A DNA stretch of 63,968 nt, filler included, from Conidiobolus incongruus B7586 (Eukaryota), in NCBI GenBank assembly GCA_000697335.1. It is 15 parts of 15 records of this genome, joined end to end, with 100 filler letters (N's around TTAATTAATTAA, not from the genome) between each part and the next. Parts side by side here need not be neighbours in the genome. Positions count along the whole stretch, not along the records: positions 41,242 to 45,278 come from JNEM01000883.1; positions 45,379 to 49,316 come from JNEM01000884.1; positions 49,417 to 53,319 come from JNEM01000885.1; 12 more parts are not named here. One strand, written 5' to 3'. Shown here piece after piece: positions 41,549 to 52,040 of this stretch. The notes under the pieces are model-generated. The model was not told the origin of the DNA, searched no databases, and saw nothing but the letters and a program-made list of their open reading frames with translations. The position numbers and the translations under genes were made by a program. Numbering within the stretch: position 1 is the first letter of the stretch; every line of letters begins with the position of its first letter.

Positions 41549-42463
41549 TTATTCTGAATTAAATCCCCATAACGCTTTGACAGATTTCCATAAATTGGGT
41601 TTTAATATACACAATATTAGTGAATTGGTCAGGAGATTGAGTTTGGTTAACAGAGTTTGTGCCATATCCATTGCAGGGGTAAGGAAGGAAGGATTGAACC
41701 AAGTAATTATCATAATTATCAAGTATGGTCCAATCGTGATACAAATTGCAAATAAGCAAGTAAGTGATTTTAGAATAGTTGCGTTCACGTCCCTCTTAAC
41801 TTTCGCAGGATCTAATCCAAGATCCAGTTGTGCTTTTAAACTTTGATTTCTGCGGTAAACACATATCATGGGATAGCAAATGAATAGCAATATATATGGA
41901 ACTGTTGTTGAAGCGATAATTAATATAGATCCGACTAATCCACCTTTCTTATAGGTATCAAAAAAGCAATATGTAGTAGACGGAACGATTCCAAATCCTT
42001 CTGTAGCCCAAGTCATAATGCAAATAATTAAATTAATAATAAATAAAATACCAATAATGGAATAATAAAATTTATCCGAGTACACTCTTTTGTATACAAC
42101 TAATAAGCATCTCTCCAAACTAATTACTCCCACAATATATACGGAAGTAATAAATGTTAGAGAAAGAATTGCACCATCCAAATTACATAACTGCTGATTA
42201 TAGAAGAAATAACTAAAGTGAGCCAAATTGCAAAGAGCATTAAATAAGAATATTAAAGCACCACCTAAATCGAATAAGATCATAAAAGTTGCCAATTTCA
42301 TATCAATTTTCATATTGGACCACTTATTCTTAGAAATTACAATCAGAAGTGATACAATGAATATGGTGGCAATGCTATTTAAAATCAATACATAAATATC
42401 CAGGATATAATTGAAAGGAAATGATTTCTGGTAGAGTAGTTCAAATTCTTCTTTGTTAGTCAT
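41549..42463 (-). CDS. Rhodopsin-like (class A-type) 7TM receptor 3, opsin-like (304 aa)
   Basis: Seven TM segments with D65 (2.50), C93-N-L-D96-G, E117-R118-C (R3.50 at +25 from C93), ECL2 PSTTYC166FFD169, TM5 ICY, TM6 P246 and TM7 K274-L-N276-L-L-T-N280. TATAAATA on the minus strand at 42515-42522. Confidence 0.9.
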   Translation of the reverse strand: MTNKEEFELLYQKSFPFNYILDIYVLILNSIATIFIVSLLIVISKNKWSNMKIDMKLATFMILFDLGGALIFLFNALCNLAHFSYFFYNQQLCNLDGAILSLTFITSVYIVGVISLERCLLVVYKRVYSDKFYYSIIGILFIINLIICIMTWATEGFGIVPSTTYCFFDTYKKGGLVGSILIIASTTVPYILLFICYPMICVYRRNQSLKAQLDLGLDPAKVKRDVNATILKSLTCLFAICITIGPYLIIMIITWFNPSFLTPAMDMAQTLLTKLNLLTNSLILCILKPNLWKSVKALWGFNSE

Positions 42464-45400
42464 TATCCTGATATTTCACTAATAATAAACTGAATAAAGT
42501 TGAAATTTATCTAATATTTATACTGTTAGTGAAAGGGGTTTTTAAGTTACTAAATGACTACTGAATCAAATTTTTAACTAAATTAGTACATGGATTAAAA
42601 TATTAAAATATTTTTTTTGGATTTAGATTTCATCAATAATGGGTTTAAACCTTATAATTTATTGTTATTTTAGTAAATATTTACATATTTTTCATCAGAA
42701 TTCTCAAGTTTTTTAATCACAATTCTTTTATAAATGAAATTTATTTTAATTTTATATTATGATTAAAATTATTTAAAGATATTATTAAATTGGTGAAGTA
42801 TGTTAAATAAGCATGAAAAAATTATAATCATTTTGACTAATGATAGTTTCAAGTTTAATATTTTCCCGTTCTAATGGATTATATATTTAGATGAATGAAT
42901 ATTATTATTTAATTGGAAAATAAAGTTGAAAATTTATTTCATCAGCTTGCACTCAAATTAACTGTTTAAAGTTAATTCATTTCCCCTTGGAGTAAGGAAA
43001 TTCAATTGTAGTCTCAAAGTTTAAAAATTTAAGTAGACAAAAATGGTTAAATATGAAAACAATTTCATATTTCGAAATATAAAAGATTTGAAATCAAATT
43101 ATATTATAACATAAAATTGTATAAAATTTTTAAAAGCCATTAATGATACTGCCAAAGAATGAATTCTCAATATGTAACATTCCCGATAATAAATAGGAGT
43201 ATATATATATTATGATTGGAGATTCACTACATCTGAATATGTATTCTAACAATGAAAACAGAAGACTAAATCAAAATGAGTATATTGTTTAAATCTTAAT
43301 GTTCAAATATTTAGTTTCATATTTAGTCAATCCCAGCATTCTTGGTCAGTTGATGTAAATTTAAACTAATTTGATTTAGTAAAAGAATTATTCAGTTTAC
43401 TGATTAGAGTATGGAATTCAGTGACAATTAGAGTAAGTATACTATTTAATGGGATTAAGTATAGCTTAACAATCAATCAAGCTTGCTAAATTATATCACT
43501 TTAAAATATCTTGTCTCAAGAATTTTCCCGCAATTCTAATTTCAATGAGTTAAACTAATTGAGCCGAACTAAATCCTCCCTAGTTCAGACTACCAATCAC
43601 CCTGGGAACAACCATTTAAAGTTTAACCATAATTGAATTAATTTCCCCTAAAATAATTTCAAAATTTTTGAAATATATTTTGAACATATGATTTTTTCTG
43701 TAACAGGTTTTTTTATTATTAAAATTCTTTTAAGGATTTGATTGAATATTTCTAAAAAATTTCATTTCAAGTTTTTATGAAATTTAGTTGATAAAAGTAT
43801 TTTATTATAAATTTTATATTGGATTCAATTAACATTAATTTCCTTGGGTTTTAACCTTGTTTGAACTTAGTTCTGATTGTTAATTAATATTAATATATAT
43901 AACATTTTGAATATTACGGTATATTATTTACAGAGTCTGATGATTAATATTGATTTGAAAATGTCCCAGTTTATGTAAAATTTAACAATTTAACTCTTTC
44001 ATTTTGATAATAATTTAAATTTTATCAAAAAAAATATTCCGTTTTGGAAATTTCTATAAACTTTATTTATAATAAATATTTATTCAGCTATTTTAGAAGA
44101 AGGTTTCGTCGTTTGAAATCATCGTATATTAAATATAACATTATTAGTTATAATATAATATGATTTCAAATTGCTAATATTTTTGAACCTTTTACACATC
44201 GAATTTAATATGATATTCGAAATTTAATATTTGTAACTCTAGTGTTCACATTCACCGGCAAATTTTTAACTTTGATTTAATCATATACTATTCAACCTGT
44301 AAAATTTGCCTAAGATGTTTGCCATACTTACAGACTAAGGTTCCATTAAATATTAATAAATTGAGAAGACAATTCCAAGTTCTGTAGTTTTTGTTTTTTA
44401 ATTAAAATATTTGAATATGATTCATCAAATTAATTAATATAATTTAATAAAAAACTGATAACAATAATAGAGAATAATCAATTTCGAAAACTTTATATTT
44501 ATTGATATAAGTTGAAAATGTTTAGTTGAATCAATGAAATCAAATTTACCCATTTTATATTTAACTATTCTTAGTTTTTAAAAATTCTCAACTTTGATAT
44601 TTATCTTATAGATTCATTATTATTTATAAATTAATGCAATAATAAAAAATAGATTTGGAATAATAGATATAATGATTTGTAAAAATGCAAAAAGGAAAAA
44701 TTATTGAGAGGTGAACTTGTTAAAAGGGAATAAAAATGTTTGACTCGATTATTAATTTCATTGGTTGAAAGTAGGAGATTTGATGAAGTTTTTATATTTT
44801 ATTATAATTAAGATTTAGGAAATAAATTCTAATTTATATTTTACAAATATATATTTCATTAATAACTAACATCATTAATCATGTATTTGAATATTGTAGC
44901 TTGTATAACTATAAACTATTCATTATAACAAAAAATCGAAAATAAGTCAAATCTAAGTGATATTTCAAAATATATAAATACATGTTATACTTTATTTAGA
45001 ATTTTTAACTTATCATTTATTCAAATTGAATATATATTTATTTTATTTAAATTTTAATTTTTTAATAAATTTAGTTATTAATATTATAAATTTGATTTTT
45101 AAATCCAAAATATAAATTGGATTGATGATATAGCATATTTATTATAATTAATACTATATTTTATATTTATATTGAAAATTAATATATGATAATAAAATTG
45201 ATATAATAATAATAATATCACTTTGGACCTTTAATAATAGGAATATTTTGAGACTAAAAATAAATAAAAATTTATATANNNNNNNNNNNNNNNNNNNNNN
45301 NNNNNNNNNNNNNNNNNNNNNNTTAATTAATTAANNNNNNNNNNNNNNNNNNNNNNNNNNNNNNNNNNNNNNNNNNNNATTATATATATTATTTATTTAT

Positions 45401-46488
45401 CATTGCAAAATAAAAATAAAATCTTTATTTCATAATATTTTTCTCAAAATTATTAAATATATCGATATTTTGATATAGTGTTATTTACAATAAATAATAA
45501 ATTTCAATATTTTAGTAATATTTTAGGGTTATTCTAATAAAATTTCAAAAAAAAGGATTTTGAATACCTGAGCCATATATTATTATTCAAAAAGATATAT
45601 TAAATATAATATTAGTATAGTTATATAAAATTAATAAAAGTTCATACTTATAATTTAAAGAAATCTGTATAATGATATTGGTACTCAATATTAATTAAGT
45701 TTTACATAATTGTTGAATCAATATTATTTTTCAATATGACTAAAAAGAAATATATATTAGTGATAAATAAATTAATTGACCAAAACCTATAATCTATAAA
45801 ATTGAATATATAATTGATATCCACTATTTTACTCCGTTAACAAATTCAAAAATTAAGTATTTCTCATTATAGAATACTTTTTCATATTATTCAAAGATTG
45901 ATGATTTGACTGCGAATGTGTTACATATATAGGATTAATCCATTTACCATGAATAATATAATTTTATAAATTTGCGTAATAGATAATGAATTTGATAATT
46001 ATAATAATTATTAATAATTTTATACATTTCAAGTTTGCCAAAAAGTATCATTGTAATACGGAACAAGTAAATTCGATATAACGAGCAAAGAGTGGCTAAA
46101 AAGGTGTTTTAAAAAGTTTCATTAGAATATCAATGTGTAGGTCTTGGCCCAAGTTGAGATGGCCTCCGAGCAAATATGTGCACAGTAGTAATTTCATGGT
46201 ATTATCAGTGCTTACAACAATGCGCTGGATCACTGATTGTAGTAGTTGGCCCAGTTTTTCATTGTACAAAGGTTCTACATTGTACCTGTGTGTGGGTTGT
46301 ATTTGAAATAACGATGGATGATTGAAGTTAAATGATAAGGGGACCTCCCAATAAACCACAATATATTACTCGTAATTACGTCATTAAAGGCATAAAACAA
46401 AAATTGAAGCGTTAAAAAATTAATATTGAAATTGTTTATTTCACTTAATTATTTGTGTTAAAATAAATTAATTATTCATTTAAACTGT

Positions 46489-47166
46489 TTAAATCATAAA
46501 TAGGAAAGTGAGGGGAAGACTGATAAAGAATATTGTTTTCTTATCTACGTTGACCATATTGGAATTAGATTTGTCATTGGATGCGTTACCATTATTTTTT
46601 GAAGCGTCTTTGCTTTCAGCTTTAGAGTCCGATGGCTTATAGTCACCTGCCAATTTGCTGTACAATTTCTCGTTACACTTGTAATCACAATCGAAAAGCT
46701 CAGAAATATTGGTTTGTTTGCAAGATTGAGAACATTCAATAGCTTTCTTGGAATCAAAGTCAGTTAAATTGGCTTTTTTAGACATACAGGTGTAATATTC
46801 AGAAACAGTAGGTTCGAAGCACTTTTGAATACAAGCATCCTTATCGTCACCAGTACAACTCTTAACACAATCGGTTTGAGATTGATTGTCTTTGGTGCAT
46901 TCATAAGAGATTGGTTTCAACTTCATAAAGGCTCCCACTTGGTCAACGTTCAAACCGGCAGCTTCTAATCCACACTTTAATTGTTCATTATCATCACTTT
47001 TAGTGAGACAATCTTTCCCCTTCAAGATTACGGTAATGTCACTGAAGATCATATTGGTAGCCTTGCATTCTAAAGGGGTTTTGCATGGAAGATTAGGTAA
47101 TCCAAAATCATTATTTTGAGCAATAATTGAACTAGCTAAAAATGTTAAACTTAAGTTGAATTTCAT
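46489..47166 (-). CDS. Secreted Cys-rich, probably GPI-anchored surface protein (225 aa)
   Basis: Signal peptide MKFNLSLTFLASSIIA and 14 Cys, including four CX3C motifs. An Asn/Ser-rich omega region precedes the hydrophobic C-terminal tail TIFFISLPLTFLFMI. TATAAATA on the minus strand at 47224-47231. Confidence 0.9.
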   Translation of the reverse strand: MKFNLSLTFLASSIIAQNNDFGLPNLPCKTPLECKATNMIFSDITVILKGKDCLTKSDDNEQLKCGLEAAGLNVDQVGAFMKLKPISYECTKDNQSQTDCVKSCTGDDKDACIQKCFEPTVSEYYTCMSKKANLTDFDSKKAIECSQSCKQTNISELFDCDYKCNEKLYSKLAGDYKPSDSKAESKDASKNNGNASNDKSNSNMVNVDKKTIFFISLPLTFLFMI

Positions 47167-50100
47167 TTTAATCCTACTTATACAATTTGAATATATATTA
47201 TTTTAAATTGGATTTTATCCTTGTATTTATAGTAGATTTCATTAAAGATAATGGATCAAATAGTTAAATGATAATACCAAGTTACAATTCTTGGAGATAT
47301 AAATAGAATTTAATTCTGTACAATTAAGATTTTCGCATTGTCCAACTTTGGAAAATTGGTAATAATAACAATTTTTTAAGGATTATGAATTAGAAATTAG
47401 ACAAATAATAATTAAAATTAGATATATTATTTGATTTCATCGCAAATTATAAATATTTTTTAACAAGCTTATTGCACTTAATACCTTGGCACTTCAAATT
47501 ATTTTCTCACAATTATTATTAAATATAATAATTATATTAGTTATATAAAATTTATCCAAATTAAATTCAAAAATAGTTAAAATAATGGTTTAGAATTAAT
47601 TCAAGGGTAAATGTCTTAAATTAATTATTATACTATTCAAATCACTTGGATTATGTTCATTAATGGTAATACTCTTAAATTCATAATCACTTCACTCAAC
47701 AAGTTAAATACTAGTCGTAGTAATTTGATTAAGAAGATTGAAAGTTACTGCAAGATTTAAAAGGAAAAATTCACCTATAATTAATATATCAAAAAATATC
47801 ATGTATCATTATTAAGTTTGGATCAAATCAATCAATTATACATTTTTAAATAGTTGAATAATACCAAGTTTTGCCATTAATTAAAAATCAGATATATATC
47901 TCAAGTTAATAGAATATAATTTACCCAATAGCCCTTTGCCAATAATATTTGATTAATTCATAGCATAATAAATGTAATTATAAAGTCCAGACATTTGTAT
48001 TTGAAGAGTTTGTTATAATAATTCATATTGTATAAAATCCAAAACATTTCATGAAATTTAAATTATTTTTGTAATTAGTTAAAAAATTACTGAAACAAAT
48101 GACAACTAGTATTTTAGCGAGAGAAATATGATTTGATGAAATATTAATTAATTGTTATCTAAATAATATGAATATATTGAAAAATGTTAAAATTTTGCTA
48201 GTTTCATGATCTTTGTGAAAATTGAATGAAATGAGTGATGAATTAAACAGTTTTTAATTCATAATCAAGTATTTTGAAAAATATACATTAAATCATAAAT
48301 TTTTTATTTTAAATTCTTTAAGAATATAATTCTCAGTTTTCTAATAGTTACTTTTAGTTTCATATATTCCAATTAATTTTATTGCGAATTTAATTCTAAA
48401 CCTAAATATATTCCTTATCGTAATCAATAAATTAAACAAAAGGTTATTTGTAAAAATGATCAAATCTTGGAATAGGCTTCATTTTTAGGGTTAGTTATAA
48501 TATTTAGCATATGTTAGTAATAATATATACTTTATTTTTAGCTTTGCAAATTATCAATTTTAAATAAATCTGATATTTAATATATTTTAAATTGATAGCT
48601 AATTACTATATCATTTAAACTAACCTAACATCAAAAATAAAACACTAAATATTATGAAATAAAGTTAACTTATTCAAATGATTGTATTTTTAATGACTAT
48701 TTTTAATATTATTATTTTATAAATTATTAATTGATAAAATAATGAAATATAGCATAAATGTTGGAATACGATTTAAAAATGTTTATTTATTTTATATATC
48801 CAAAAAACATAAAAAATATCATATATATTTTACTTATATTAAAATTTAAGCTTTAATTTAATTCAATATACAATATTTCTTTCTAAAATTCAATAAACAA
48901 TAGTTTCTGAGTTATTAAATATTAAATTATTAAATATAAATCTTTTTATTACTTAGAATTTAAACATGAAAATATTTTAAAATTGAATTTTTATTTAATT
49001 ATTTTCAAATAGATTTAAAATAATTTATAAATGGCATAAAATCAATATTTATTTCTTTATCATCTATTTTTCAAATATTTATTTAATTAACTCTCTAATA
49101 ACAAATATTATTATTTATTTTTTTAAATTATTATATTATATATCTGGTATTTTGTTAAGAAAAGATTTTTATATAAATTATCTATTCATATTATAGATTA
49201 ATTTTATTTGATTAATTTCTATTTAAATTTTATATTTAATATAATATTAATTTCTATCATTATACTATAATAATCTTATGTTATTTCTATTTGATTTATT
49301 ATGCTATTATCAAATANNNNNNNNNNNNNNNNNNNNNNNNNNNNNNNNNNNNNNNNNNNNTTAATTAATTAANNNNNNNNNNNNNNNNNNNNNNNNNNNN
49401 NNNNNNNNNNNNNNNNATATTATTATATTAATTATCAAAATGAAATTTTATTAAAAAATATATAAATAATGTTAGGAATAGCTATTAATATCTATAACAT
49501 TTGAAAAACTATAATTATTAAAATTATATTTAAAAAAAATATTAAATTTTTAGGTTTTATATAAAATAAAATAGTGAATTATGATAAAAAAGTATAAAAA
49601 ATAACCTTATTCTATATATTTAATTTTCCATATTTAATTTAAATAATAAAAACTATTTTTTAACAAAAAACTTATTTTATTACCTAATCATTTAATTATG
49701 AGTTATAAGTATTAATGATTATGTTTATTTTGGTAGTTTAAAGAGTTTTGTTATTATAAGAGATTTGACGACTTTTAGACAATATATTCCAATTTTTAGA
49801 ATATAATTTGGAAAATATATTATAAAACAAGAAATAAAAGGATTAGCGAATTATAATGTATATGTTATGATATTACCAAAAACATTATTATTTTTATTAA
49901 AATAATAGTATTTTTATTTTGTCCTATATATATTTAATTATAAATTCAAAATTACTATAGTGTATTTAAAAAATATCCTATGTAAATAAGTAATATCAAG
50001 AAAAGCAACTTGGTTTATTTTTTGATTTTTTCTCTTCTTTATTCTCCTATTTATTTATGATAGAATATAATGTATACATAATAAACTTTAAAACATTTTA

Positions 50101-50519
50101 ACGCTAAGGTTAATTTGTAGTTAAATTTCAATTTGGTAATTAATAATTTGCTCAGTTTGATTTCTAATTCTAATAATCAAATCAGTTACTTATAATACAG
50201 TTTGCTTTTGAATTACTCTATATAACAATAAATACAACTAAATTAAAATTATTAAAAAAATATCGATAAAAGTAAAAATAGTTATAATTTCATGATGTTA
50301 ATCATAATTGATAGATCTAAATTATAAAATAAACAATATTTCGTTGAAAAAAATCTAATCTTTGAATCTTTTCTGATTTAAAACCATTTATAATAAAATC
50401 CATATTTCAATTGTATTTCAAAAACTAGATATATCTTGTCAGAAAAAGAGTATTCAATTGACTTTGTTACTATATTTATTAAGAAATAATGATAATAATA
50501 TAATTACACTTAGTTCAGA

Positions 50520-52040
50520 ATATATTTGGTTAATCTAACGTGTTTTTTCAGTTCTCCATATGTTTTTCCAAAGTTCAAGAATTATATATTTATACCACTG
50601 ACATCCCTAATATCTAAAATATCAGTGCAACAATTTGTAATTTCAAAGATGGTCCCATCACCTATATCATCTCTCATCCTTCAACATGCAAATTATATAG
50701 AATCTCCAACAACAATATAGCTCACTTTCTTAATATCCCACCTGGAGTGAAAAAAGTAAATTTAATGGAGTATAGATGATAGGAGGCCAAATCACCGCAT
50801 TTATGGATACAAATCCTATTGGACAGAAATAATAGGCAAGTCGATTATTTGTGAATCAATAAGACTTATAATTTGACTGAGTTTAGATAAATATTCCTAC
50901 ATTTACCAGTTTTTATAAAGAATTTTTATATATAATCCACGATAATCAACAAATATTGCTCCTTTTGTTTACTGGGAAACCTTACATTCCGCTCAATTCA
51001 AATCTACTTTCATATTCAACAGGCTTTACAAGTGTGACTCTGTCACCAAGCAGTGAAATGTTTTGTGCTGTACTACGAAGAGTACATTGCTACAATTTGC
51101 TTGCGATATGTCTATGACCACAAAAGATAAATATTTACTTTACTAGGTGGGTCATCTTCCAATGCTACTAAAAATGAATTCGATTTTGAATACGCAGCGA
51201 ACAAAATCAGTTTTAATGTATTTTCTAAATTTTTGTGATTTGATATCAAAAATGATACTTGGGAAAATTTACCTATTTATTCGAATTTAGAAGTGAAATT
51301 ATGAGATTGTTTGTAATGAGATTCTTTGTTTCTGTTTACAAAGAAACTTATGAGGTAAATATTGCTAATAATAATTATGATATGGAAGTTTAGACTTAAT
51401 TAAATCAACTTTGGAATTACACCTGTTATCTAATGTAAATAGAAGTTAGTTCGATTAGAAGTTCTCTCCTTGATTCCTTTATGTTGCAAGATCAATTGGT
51501 ACTAGCTCATGATAATTTAATGTTATTTATTTATTTTTCCTTATGCATAATAGGTTTTACTCATAATAGAGAAGCCCACAAAATCTTAGCTATTGATTTT
51601 AATAAGGTTACATTAAAATCTATTTTAAATATCAATGGTTCAGATAATGGATCGAATAATATTTCGCCAGGGTTGCTACAATATTCTATCATTATTATTG
51701 GGATGATTAATATTTTAATTCTTAATACAATTGGTATTTTTTTTATATAGAAGGTATAGACGAAGGTTTTCAGATAATTCGTCATCAACCGATGAATATA
51801 ATAAGCAAATGATGTAACAAGCATAGCTCTCTTCTTCTCCCATTACAACTTATAGATACAACACTAAGAACCTGTTTTTTCAATTTTAATTTAACTGATG
51901 AGCCCCATAAACAAATTGATCCATGAAACGGAATCAAATTGGAGACTTCATTAGCTCATTTTTATTAATGGATTTGCCTCATTTCCAACAAGAAGTCGAT
52001 ATGGAGGACACTCGACCTACTTTTACGACTTCAAATTAAC
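50520..52040 (+). pseudogene. Decayed kelch/beta-propeller single-pass membrane protein gene
   Basis: Kelch-like blades NGV*MIGG (stop 50773) and IFTLLGG...L*FDIKNDTWE (from 51131, stop 51236). A TM segment (GLLQYSIIIIGMINILILNTIGIFFI*) and an acidic tail follow. Many stops and frameshifts; track ORF 51481 is a fragment, while 50526 overlaps in a different frame. Confidence 0.6.

Noticed and set aside
43565..43585. Small hairpin GAACTA-N9-TAGTTC in a GC-elevated patch
   Set aside because: A 6-bp stem only; no recognisable ncRNA context.
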